From positions 1 to 56,989 of the forward strand of contig JAHBMJ010000100.1 of assembly GCA_018398765.1 (NCBI GenBank): a stretch of DNA of 56,989 bases. Direction: 5' to 3'. Of this stretch, positions 32,445 through 44,599 are shown one piece after another. A model generated the notes under the pieces. The model made no database searches. It saw only the letters and a program-made list of their open reading frames with translations, and had not been told where the DNA came from. Origin of the DNA: Chromera velia (taxonomy: Eukaryota). The translations under genes and the position numbers were made by a program. Numbering within the stretch: the first letter of the stretch is position 1; each line of letters begins with the position of its first letter.

Positions 32445-34595
32445 CCTTTCTGACTGCTCTTATGTTGCATTCCTCTATAGAGAGATCGAAAAATCAAACA
32501 ACGCGGTCTGGGCGGTTTGCTTCTATGTATGGGTAGGGGCGCCTTGAATCAAAGAAGCGACGAGCTGCAAAACCTCTGGCATCATACACATGTCATTCAG
32601 TATATTTCGATGTATGGTCTCTGCCGTGGTGCTTCAAATGAACTATTCTGCAATCACTGAGGGAACGGGAGAGGGTTTTGGGTCTTTTTTAGTTGCCTGA
32701 GAGAGGACAGCAGGGGAGGGTCGGAGATGGAAAAGAGAAGAAAACAAACCTGGAGGGTCGCGTAGGTGGATCGTCAACTGGGTGGGTGGTATTTCCCTGC
32801 TCTACTGTCTAGTGACAAGAGGGAAAGAGAGGGAGGGCATGCAGCTGGGCGCTGAATATCTCAGTCGGCCCAGTTGTACTTCTTTCTCTCACGTTTGTGA
32901 GTCCAGTGGGGTTTCCTTCCTTTGCAAACAAATGCCAAACAAAAAGCGGTTGAATGGACGGATGGATGGAGATTCGATCGAGTCATTCCACAAAGTCTGT
33001 GCGCAATCTGCGAGCGTCAAGTGATCACTTGGAGAAGAAATCGTTCCCCTGGGGGTCCGAGAGAGAAAAAGAAAAGAGAGATGGATGTGAGAGAGTAAGT
33101 AAGTAACTGATGATAGAGAAAAGAACTGAAAGTTAACGACTTTGCGGTTTTCTCCAGGAAACCTGTGCCGAGTTCTGTTGCATCTGTGTGAGGGTTTTTG
33201 TTTTTTCGTTGGTCACGTGAGTGGCGTCCCCTTGTATTCTTTACACTCATCTGCCATTCTCCCCCCTTGCGTTTTCACTTTTTTTTTCATGCTCAGTCTG
33301 CTGCTGCTGCTGCTGCTGCTGTGAGCGTTTTGTTGGTTCAGGTTTGCCGGCTAGTGCTCTGTTGTCCGTTTGCCGGCTAGTGCTCTGTTGTCCGTCCGTC
33401 TGTCAGCAGATCTAGCGGCCAACAGGGCAAAATACTAGTGCAGAAAAACGCCATATGCATGTGCACATGAGAGAACGGTATGGAAAGTCAGGAAATGGAA
33501 CAGGGGTATGTCTGCTGTGATGATTGATGGGACATTTGAAAACAAAACGAGTTCTTTCTTTTTTGGCATGCCGATCGATAATTATTCCTTTCCTTCCAGG
33601 TTTGGGTCCCTAAGACAAGTCTTTGGGGCATCGACAGGCCTTCTTATGGCCGTCCATGTGCATTTACACAAGTGCGTCGGCCTGTTTCTGTGCATGCCAA
33701 ATGAATGTGACCAACCCAATTTTGCTGGTGCTGTCTGTCCTGCTTCGGGCAGGTACAACACGGATCCCTGAAGAGAGAGGAACGTGGGGAGGGAGGGAGG
33801 GAGGGAGGGCATCCAGAGGTTAGAGGAGAGCGAGAGAGAAGACCTTGTGGTTGTTATGAACAGGTCGAAAACGAAAAAAGGGGGCGCCGATTAGGTGGAC
33901 CCTTGAATAAGAAGGAGAGAAGTCTTTGCTGTAAATCAAAGACTTATTTTTATTTCAGGGGGCGGAAGGTTGATGAGCCCATCATTATGAATGGGGAGGA
34001 ATGGAGACGAGTCAGCAAAGTTTCAGATCTCTCTTTCCTTTCCTCCTGTCAATGAGTCTTCCTTCCAACCGCCACGTGGTCCCGCACGCCTCACTGAATG
34101 TTTGCCTGTTCGTCTCCACTTTGCAAGCAAGTCGTCGTTTCTTCATGCTTTGTTGCGTCGTGCTGTGCTCTCTTACGTCCTGTTGTGTTGTGTCTCACTT
34201 GCTCGTGTTCTGATGTGTTTCTTGCTGATGTTTATCCAGTGTCCTTTCTCTTGTGTTGTGCGTTGCGTCGTGTTGCGTAGTTTTTGTGTCGTGTTGCGTC
34301 GAACTTTGTTGTGTCGTGTTGTGGCTGTGTTGCCGATGCGCTTCCGCTCTGCATCCCGTCTGACTCTGCACGAGAAAGGGGGGGTTCGGGACTCTTCATT
34401 CATCTCCTCTTTCGTTCTACCTTTCCTGCTGCTGACTGGTGGCTCTCCAAGAACCGTGAGCCATTTCGTTTTCTTGTCAATCCCCTGCCCTTCTGACTCT
34501 AATATACCCTTTGCATGTGTTGCCCGTCGCGTGTGTGTTGCGAGTCTGAAAGTGTTCGTTTGCATGCGTAAGGTCTTTCTTTCTTTCTTTCCTTC

Positions 34596-34626
<31 letters not shown>

Positions 34627-35613
34627 ATTTATGAATCTCTCGAGCCCACCACAAAGAAAGAATGGAGGAACAGAGAGTAAGATCGAAGGAAGATCTTCTG
34701 ATCTGATCGCACATCTCTTGCTGATGTGCTCTTGGCAACACGCTTACTGTACGGTGCCTCTACGTGCTTCTGTTGCGTGCGTGACTCTCCCTGTTTCATT
34801 CTCCCTCGCTGATGACACTAAGTTCCTTCTTCTTCTTCTTCTTCTGTCCTCATCTGTGCATGCGCTCATCAGCAGCTGGAGCTGGCCCACGTTATTCCCT
34901 CTTTCTCTCTTTCTCCCCCAGGAATGAATGAATGGAAATGCACAAGGGATTATGGACAACTCTCCCGTCCCCTGGAGCTGACTTCTGTGGTCCTTCCGAT
35001 GCATCAGAAAGAGAGCCAGAAGAGGTAATTTCACATATTATCGTTTTACTCTTCGTCCCTCCTGACGGGAACAGAAGAAGGCGGTCTCGGTTTGCTCTTC
35101 TGATTGCGCCCCTGTCGGTCTCGCCCAAAAGAAAAGAAGCGAAAGCGAATTGCAGAAAAAAGAAGAGACCGAGAAAGGTTGATCGGGAGAGTGGGTGTGC
35201 CACCGATCAGGTGGTCATGTAGGAAACTAGGTAGGAAAGGAAGGAGCACGTACAGTGCAGAAGTATGTACGATCGGAGAATAAGTAGGTGCATGGTACAC
35301 AATGGTTCCTGTCGATTCATGCTGCATATCTGACAAGTGTCTGCTGCTGCTGCTGCTGCTGCTGTTTGACTTTGCTGTTGCATGGTCGTTACGTGCATAA
35401 CAAATGCGAATCTGCATATCGTATTCCGGTGCAGCTGCATTGCTGCTGCTCAGATGGTCTCCTCTTCCGGTTCAAGTTTTCTTTGTGTGGTTTCCTACTG
35501 GCAATTGCCTGTATCTGGAACTCCAGTTGGGAGAAGCTCTCAGATTCTAGCTCAGATTGAGAGTGACTCGGTCTCTCGGATTGTACGCAGGTCTCAGACA
35601 GCGCATACGCTAC

Positions 35614-36165
35614 TACACTGTGCTGTTAGGAGTAACTACCGGCCCTTCTGAGAAAGCTTTTGGTTACCATCAAATTGGTAACCAAAATATGGTACCTGGG
35701 AGGGTCTGACGGGACTGCCGCTACCGCGGTAATTTATGGTAATCTGCCCGTATCTAGGCCCGTATCTGGCCGCAGATGTGTTGAATCGGGATCTAATATA
35801 GGAGAAACGCATCTTTAAAAACTATATAAAAACTGTATTGTATACGATATAAAAAAGATTATTTTAAACTTGTTTTGTCTATAGGTTGTTTTCACAATAT
35901 CACAAACTTGACTTTAACTTACATATATTTCTAGATATATTTGTGAATATAAGAGAACTTTGCAATAAATCCATCTTTGTTACTCGATTTATCCACTAGT
36001 TTATCTAACTTAAAAGAACGTTTACCATTGTTTTGGTTACCAAAACAACGGTAATCAATGTGACTCTGCATAATTACCATAACCATGCATGAAAATGGCT
36101 ACCAAGCAGCCTAACAGCCATCTGGGTAACCAAAGTAAATTGGTTACTCCTAACAGCACAGTGTA
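35614..36165. mobile_element. Non-autonomous DNA transposon with perfect 23-bp TIRs
   Basis: tacactgtgctgttaggagtaac (35614-35636) and its reverse complement (36143-36165). tacgctac is repeated on both flanks. Many subterminal ggttacc/ggtaacc motifs and an AT-rich non-coding core. Confidence 0.85.
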
Positions 36166-37418
36166 TACGCTACTATAAATACGTTGGTACCATGTATGCA
36201 AAGCCAGATAAAACGTATATATGAATCCATGAATTAATTTTTAGCTAAACTTTTAGCCATCTTTTCTATTAGCAGGTCCACTTAACCCTAGCTTCCTACC
36301 TTTGATGGATTGATTGCTGTAGTTTATTATTTTCAATCTAGGTGCGGGCACTAAAGTTGCCTGAAAAACTTTAAACTTTAACTTTAAAACTTTTTAAGTA
36401 AGCATGCAACTAAGTGATAAATACAAAAAAAATGATAGCTGATTTAGTGGTGTATGGAGTCATACCCTGTGGTGCCGCCCTTTAAGCCTTCACATGCGCC
36501 GTGACTGAGTGAGCTAGCGTGCCGCACCACATTCCGCCACCGCGCTTTGCTTCGTACGTATCACACGCACGTCGATCGAAGTCGAGTCTGACCTGGTCTG
36601 ACCTTTGCAATGTTCGTATTCAAGCAATATGTCACTTAAGCAACAGATAGGATTGTTTGAGACTCATGTCTGTTTGTCATAGATCGGGAGTCTGAGACTT
36701 TGAGAGAGAGGAACAGGGAGGAGCATAGGTAGAAATTGTGCAATGATAGAATGAACCCAGCTGATTGGAATCCCAGATCGCTCTAGAGCTAAACCTTCTG
36801 TAAACTGTTGCCTGAATGAGTGTTGCTCACGTTCTTTCTCTAGAATTTCCCTAAGGTTCTTGTCCTTGCTTTACCTTCTGTCTGGATGCCATAAGGTGGC
36901 CGGACAGGGGGGACAAAGCAGGTGGCCTTGAGCACTGTCACCGTTTTGTTTTATATAGAGGTCACCCCCGTAAACGGCAGGTGACTCTAAAAGACGTTGC
37001 GAGAGAAGTTCATTTTATTTATATCGTTATATATCACTGTGGGCAAAGTTCTGCTTAGAGTTCCACTCTCATCTTCAGTTTGCCTGCTTCTGACTCTAAC
37101 TAATTTATATTTTTTCCGCTGATTTTTCCATCGCAGATGATTATTTCCGATGTGAACATAAATTAAAACCTAAATAGACCGTAAAAGACTAATCGATCGA
37201 ATAGAACTTAGCATGTGGAAATGTAGCTAGGGGTGTTGTTTTGTTGCGTAGATGGATGCAAAGTTAACAGTGAGGCGGACGTACTAGGAACCGATCTTAG
37301 TTAGAGTTAGTTAGAGGATATCTAACCCCAGTTGGAGCCTTAAATGCAGTTTCCCCCATAAACTGAGCTCTACTGAGCTCTAGGAGTGAACGTCTACTAC
37401 CTTCTTAGTACGTAGGCT

Positions 37419-37517
37419 AGTTAATTAGTTTAGTTGTGACTGACTTAATTAAAGACCTATTTAAAAACTAATTAAAATTTTTTTAAAAAAAATAAAGTCT
37501 GGAGGGCAAAAAAAAAC
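37419..37517. repeat. Left copy of a ~100-bp direct repeat (probable LINE target-site duplication)
   Basis: agttaattagtttagttgtgactgac...ggagggcaaaaaaaaac is nearly identical to 52243-52342. Confidence 0.85.
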
Positions 37518-38980
37518 CCGACAGAAGTGAGGTTGGGAGACCTACTGCTTGAGGGCATTGGATATGTCGATGACCTCGTCATCTTTGAACACTCCCCCCA
37601 AGACCTCCAGAAGAGGATTGATCGGTTGGCTACCTATTATAATAAATGGGGGTTGACGGTGAATCTGAAGAAGAAAAAGGTGATGAGATTGGCAGGTAGA
37701 GGGGGGGTAGATAAAATTCGTTTCAACGGTCGGACGGTTGAGTGGGTAAAGAGCTACAGATATCTTGGCTGTCAGGTTTTTTCTGATGCAAACCCTCGCA
37801 AGTCTGTGACCGCCAGACTTAAAGCCACAGAAAGGGGAGTTGGGGGGGCTATGGGTCTGTGTGCATCAATAGATATACTCTCCCACCACAGTCGCATGTC
37901 CCTTTTCAAAGGGACGTGAGAGCCCACCGCTACCTATTCCCTTGAAGCTCTCCCCATTCAGGAATCTGACATCTGATGCTTAGACTCCCTCCAGCTTCGT
38001 GTTGTACGTTGGTCTCTCCATCTGCCCTGGAATTCTTTTGTATTTCCTACTGGCACCCTTGCAGCCGTTGGGCTGAGGCCCATGAGAGAGATTTTCAGTG
38101 TCAGAGTGGGGGGGTATTTGAAAAGTCTCTCCCTTGCTCGATTGGCTTTACCTCAAGCATTGTGGGCATACCACAGGAGGGGGGAGTTAAGGGTGTGGTC
38201 GGGGTCTGCAAAGAAGCTTGTGCAACCCGTCAGTCCTGCCCTCCTGGAAGATGAACCAGATGAGGTCGATTTTAGAATATCAGATAGCAAGCTGAGAAGG
38301 GGAGCGAGAAACATAAGTGAACAAATGGATAGGGGACTGGGTAAACCCGGTCTCTATCACAGAAAAGAGACTCTTAGGAGAGGGGGGATGCAGGGGAGGC
38401 AAGGAATGCATGGGAGCATGTTTTTTCCTCCGTCTGGTTGCCTGACTGAATATCAGAAGAAGAATAGTAGCAGCCAACGTTTTGCAAAATTGGTTCTCGG
38501 AAGCTTGGTGGAGGGGAAGGGGGGCTCATGGTCTGCCTCGGCGGAACTTCTCCCCAAGCAGTTCTTGTCTTCCCCCGGGGCAGTTTTCTGCCTTTTGTTG
38601 TGTGCCATTGTTGGAGGGGGGGCAAACAATGGGGGGGGGGTTGAATCAATTTACAAAGCCTGTGAAGAGAAAAGTTGAGATAAATTGATTAACGATCCGA
38701 TTCACCATCTAACTAGCCGTCTGATAACTTATGTCCGAATGGAGGTGCCGCGGGGGAGACTGAATGATCTCTGGTATACTAGGCGACTGGAGCGTATGTC
38801 GATAGAAGAAGTGTATGAGCATGGAGAGAGATAGGAAGCCTGAGAGGGTAGGGGGGTGGGGTAGGCTAAGGAGCAGGTAAAGCGGTACTTCTCGCTTCTT
38901 CTTCAGAGGGACGCCTGAAAGGCCAGTGCCCTCATTGCTGCATGCCTAGGACTGGACTGATCAATCCTGGAGAGCAGTGT

Positions 38981-39775
38981 TGTTCCGTACTCCTCCGACG
39001 TGGTTGCCCAGAAGGAGATAGAATTAATATAAAGGGCGTCTATAAGTATAAGAGATCTGACGTATCGGTATATGCAGTTAAGGTGCTGTATCGGTTAAAG
39101 GTCTATTAAACGTTCAGTACTGGCTCTACTGTATTGGTAATATTTGTTAGTACGCGTATCGGTCTAGAAAGTTCGATGCTGGATGCTGGTTCAGTCTACG
39201 CCAAGTCTGGAAGATGCTCAGAGACTTCAATCAATTGGATGTTCAAGTCAAGTCTGGAGTCAACTCTCAATCAGGAAATTCTTAAATCGGATCACGTGAT
39301 ACTCATTCCAAGATTTTCTTTGATTTGATCTTTGCATGCCGTAAAATCTATAATTGCTGTTTGGTCATGCGGTGCATTACCTTTGTAATGCGATGCCTTA
39401 GGCGATGCCTTACAATGTAATGCAGTGACTTGCATTTGGCCTGTATCAAAGCATAAAATACGCATGCCTGAATTAAAAGTAATGCAATGGCTTACATTTG
39501 GCTACATTTGGCCCCAGAAAGCAAATTGTACATGCGCATGCTTGTTCCTTTAAAATTGTAAAAGTAATGCGATCGGGGTTCGAATCGGTGACTCTTTGAT
39601 TTTTAATTCTGAACCCTAACCAATATGCTATCATGGAGCGCCGAACTAGCGAAATTCATTTTGCTAATTACTAATAACAAATTGAAAGTATTTCATTATA
39701 TTTTTTTTTAAAAAAACAGTGATCTAAATCTAGAATAATTTAGAACCTAAATTCACTTTAAAGTTCAACAGAACA
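38981..39775 (-). repeat. Gypsy 3' LTR
   Basis: tgttc...gaaca termini. Homologous to 51299-52085 and adjacent to the PPT. Confidence 0.93.
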
Positions 39776-39938
39776 TATCCCCCTTTCACAAGACGGCATG
39801 CCATGGCCGTTTCAATATTCATTAACAAAACACATCCCTCTTTTACGTTTTTTAGACCCCAACACCCCCTCCGTTGTCGTTTGATGTAGATGATCTATGT
39901 CATATGTTCATGTTTGAGTCAATCCTGGCTTCTAGTGG

Positions 39939-40161
39939 TTCCTGATCAAAGACGCGCGGCGACGGCGGCGGCCTTGTGTGCGGCGGGGCGCCCCTCCGTT
40001 GCGAGCCGCCGGTGCCGATCGAGTAAGGCACTGCGTTACCTTTTAGCCCCGAAAGGCAAGCTGCAAATCCGTAACACATCTTTGATTTTGATGCTCCTGT
40101 GGAGTATGCCGTGGCCCTGGTGAAAGGGGGAAACCGGGGGTCGCGCATTATCGTGCAGGAA
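39939..40161 (+). ncRNA. Candidate structured RNA element of unknown family
   Basis: GC-rich island with nested complementary segments, G-U pairs and GAAA loops. Folded by eye only. Confidence 0.35.
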
Positions 40162-40749
40162 GGCCTAAATACAACTAAAAATTAGTTTGAAATTCTTACT
40201 CATAGTTATAGCAAATCGATCTGCAAACTGTCTACAATACATATTCTTTACCTGAGCTTATAAAACTAATTTGCCATATTTTTTCTAACATTTTTAAAAA
40301 GGAAAAAATGATGATCTAGAGAATGATTGACTCGTTTTCTAGTTAACGTGATCTCTCAATACAGTAATAACTTGATTAAGTTTGATATGAAAACACAGTA
40401 AAGGTCTCTGTGAAAAAGCTCCAGACACGGAGGACGGTCCGAGGACTGGGGAAGAGTGAGCCAACAGTATTTAACCTAGTTTTTGACAGTGTATTACAGT
40501 GTCTACATATATGTCTGCATCATTTATACAATAGTTACTCTTTCATCATCTTTTACCCTTCCTAGCTTTGTCTCTGTTATTGTCTGTCTGAGACACTGTC
40601 AGTTTTTCTACTTGAGTCTGGGTGCATCGGCCTCGATCTCTTTCTCCTATAGAGAACCGTACATCCATCTGGCTCTTTCCCTCTCTCGCCCTCTATCTCT
40701 CCCTGATCATGAGTCTTTGTCTGCTACTTGTCTGTTAACATGCGCACGT

Positions 40750-40782
40750 ACACACACACATATATATACACACACATGCACA

Positions 40783-40843
<61 letters not shown>

Positions 40844-40954
40844 TGTTCACACTCTCACCGCTATATCGCATGCACACATAAGCATGCACATTACTCAGAC
40901 TGACAAGCTCGCATAGGTATAGATCGCATATGTATACACGGACGGAAACATACA

Positions 40955-41012
<58 letters not shown>

Positions 41013-41031
41013 TACACACACACACACATAT

Positions 41032-41073
<42 letters not shown>

Positions 41074-41498
41074 GAAGATAAGATAGGGACGTACTAAGGA
41101 ATGTTCTCTTTCCTTCAAAGTTTCTAAGGCTTTCATTTCATTCACAGACTGATACGCAGAACATTCAAAATTGTGTAGTGCAAAAAGAGGCAGTGGCCCT
41201 GGGCAGTTACCCCCAAAGCAAGCAAGCAACCCAGAGAGTTTTAAGTGTGATTTCAAGTAAGCAGACCTCAGTGCACCGCCTGGTGGTCGTACAAAGGAAT
41301 ATGCAGGCGAACATATACCGAGAGACAACCATACACACTAGCATATACAGGCCCTGCGGTAGAGTGGAGCGGGAATATTACAGAGCCTTTCAGAGGAAGC
41401 TCTCACGTATGTACAAAAACACACGAGGCAGAAAGGCCAACACAATGAAATATATCATGGATGTAGTCCAGCTAGAGCCTTGAAGCACAAGCTGCCCA

Positions 41499-41538
<40 letters not shown>

Positions 41539-41660
41539 CTGCCCACATTCTCTCTCTCTCTCTTTCTCTTTCTCTCTCTCTCTCTGTCTCGCTCTCGCTC
41601 TCGCTCTCTCTCTCTCTCTCCCTCTCTCTCTGTCTCCTAGCCTTATACACATATACATAC
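40750..41660. repeat. (CA)n/(GA)n/(TC)n microsatellites inside the gypsy extra region
   Basis: Direct inspection. Confidence 0.85.
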
Positions 41661-44599
41661 ACCGTACTGCATGCACTCATGAACCATTGGTTCACGTTTT
41701 GGTCAAGAGCTACTAAAAATTCATTTATAGGCAAAAAATCTTCTTTTGAGGGGCGAAAACCCCCCTAAAACTACGCTAAAACCCCCTTTAAAAACCATAA
41801 AATTCACTTTTCAAAGAGGCTTTGCCAAAAATTCAGGAGTGTGTGCAGCGCGGCATACACCTACATACAATGTCATACAGACAAACATATGGAGAAGCAG
41901 ACAGATAGGTAGGCAGACGAGCAGGTGGGCAGGCAGGCAGACAGGCCATATTTTCATTCTAGGGGAGGCCCTGGGGAATTTTTTACAGACAGCAAGACAA
42001 ACCTAGAAGACAGACAAATAGTTAGTCACTGTGACTGTCTGTCGCTGTCAGTCGATCAGTGGGTCAGTCAGTCAGTCTTTCGCCCTTGCGCTTCTCCTCA
42101 GAGTTTCAGCACTCCTGCACTAAATCAACGTACACCCGGTCACTCAAAGGAGACGAATTTCAATATACACATAGCCTAAAGGACATAGAAAAATATGGAA
42201 TGGAGAAAGCCAAACAGAGCACACAAAGATAAAACTACGTCACAGACTGGCATCCACGCACATAAATACCGGAAAAATTTGTCTACAGGGGCACCATGCA
42301 TCGAAACGAGTATCGTGGACAGCAACGGGAGGATATTTTAAGACAGAAATGTAGACGGACACGGAAACCCAACACGCTTACTCATTCACCTATATACTTA
42401 AAGACACAAAGATTCACAGCTTAAAGTCAGTACAGACAGGAAATCACATATATTGCATGACAGGCTCAAACAGGGTGAATAGAGCTAGAGGAAAGCCATA
42501 GGCGCCCGGGTTCAGCAGCTTGCTTGCGGCAGAGAGTCACATACGCTTGCTAGCAGATTGTCTCTGACTATCTCCCTTTCATTTATGGAGTCAAATAAAC
42601 AGAAGGAATATGAAAACAGGACCAGATTGACCACTCACCTTTCCTTAGAGCAGGACAGTGGGGACCTGACCAAAGGGCAGATCTGCTTAGTTCAGAAACA
42701 ATATGAAACTCGCAACTGATAGATTGAGACGCGCGGAGACGGCGTTTGAAGAGTAGTGTTTTTACTTAGCTCTCACTCACTCTCACACCCACGTCCATCA
42801 TTAAGTTAAAGATTTCTCTCATCTGCTCACCCACATTACAAAGTCTGACAAAGCTGTCGAACAGCGCATCTGATAGCACATCTGAATTCAGACCCCAGAG
42901 GTGGTCGAATTCAATCGTTTCAATCATGCATGCGCAAAATTTTTACTGCGGGATCCCGTAAGGCGTTTGTGACCTAAAATCTGGAGAAGTACGTAAGTGC
43001 ATGGCGCGCGTGCGAAATTCGGTGTAGGGGGCGGGGCTCACCTTTACTTTTTTCCTTTCAGTTTGCATGGGCTACAGATACCGTGACTCGGGGGCCATGG
43101 CATCGGCCGACCGAAAGGTAAGTAGAATCTAATGCAACACAATCATGTCACAATGTAAGCTGATCCCTTACTCTCTGCCTTTGAAAACAAAAAGGCTCAT
43201 CAATCCTCTATGTTTTCATATTTCTTCGCAAGAAGATCATTCTCCTTCAGTCTCCCTTGATTCTTAATATATATACTGTAATATAAAATATATATGCACG
43301 CAACTCTGATATATATACTTGACCGTGTTGTTGTCTATTATGGCTTTGGTTGTCTCTTTCGGTTGCTGGAGCTTGTCCCCAGGGTATTCGACTATTTCAA
43401 TTACGATTAAGATTTTATAGGTAAGATCATACAAAACATATAATAAAAACATAGATTATATAAACATTTGAGGCTAAAAGAACGTGGTTCATCTTAAAAA
43501 GCTTAAATCCGGTGAAATTAAGTATGATTACGGGAAAAAGTAATCATATACCCCCCCTTTTATGGTATGTCTCTTACAATTGATTACGGATTATGAGATT
43601 ACGGCATCTTTTCAAAGACTATCAATATTTTTTTTCCTTGCATACCATCACCCATCTCCCAGAAAGTACAAAGCTTCCCGCTGTAGCTCATACAAAAGAC
43701 AATAAAAATTATTAATTCTCTTTTTCTGCAGTCTTTTGAGCGCTTATCAAGGATTCAGGCTAGGGATTCAGGGGTAAAAGGAGGGGGGGAGACTGATGGA
43801 AGAGGTGTTGAGTTGACTCTCGGCCTCTCTTGGGAGGCTGCAGAGCAACAGCAACCGCTGCGAGCCTGGTTCTATTACAGCCCAAAATTTGCCTTAATAC
43901 TGTTGGTCTTGCTCTTATTTTTTATTAGTTGCACCATGCAAAAGTCATAGGAAAAGACTAGGGAAAAAGTCTGTTCATGGAGAAGGATGAGCTGCAAAAA
44001 GTCGAAGAAGCGTTCAAAAAGCTCCTCATGAAGGACTCTGATGTTGTCATAGATGTTGAGATTGAAGTTTAGTGATGACATTATTGCACTATGACGGTTT
44101 TCTTTTGTTTTTTGAAGGAGGGTCCACCCCATTTTACTATATATTACGGATTACAAGTTTATGAGCCCTTTCTAGATGTCACCTAGAGATAAGACTTTCA
44201 TCGCAGATTACAAGCAAACCAGTAAGCATTCTGATGAGATGTTGACTTTGTTTGAAGTAATTTAATGTAATAAGTCCTAAAAAAATGGTTTTTAGTGTAG
44301 GAGTGACGTTAAATACTAACTATGTGTAACCCCTAAAATTCATCTAGTAATATTTTAAGTCGATTACCCTAGAGCTTGTGCAGTGGAATCGCTCGACGCG
44401 GAGTCAATTTAATTTGCATTCTGTGTGGAAGGCGGCTCGGGGCCCCTTCAAGTGTCTACTACTACATCAAGAGCTCATCTACGAGTCTCACTTCGGTTAG
44501 GCGTACAGCCCTCGCAGGTCTAGAGCCTATAGCGCAAGTCAGTGACGACCTCTTATTGTTTGCCTTTGGCTTTTCTGTGATAGTGCCTCACAAAATCTG

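Noticed and set aside
33340..35560. Several 60-230 aa ORFs and a 27-bp tandem duplication downstream of the receptor
   Set aside because: Low-complexity sequence with no domain signal or coherent exon chain.
39566..39640. Functional tRNA gene
   Set aside because: The acceptor, anticodon and T stems do not pair properly. Kept only as a tRNA-like fragment.
44225..44270. Hammerhead ribozyme core (ctgatga)
   Set aside because: No following stem II and GAAA in the correct arrangement.
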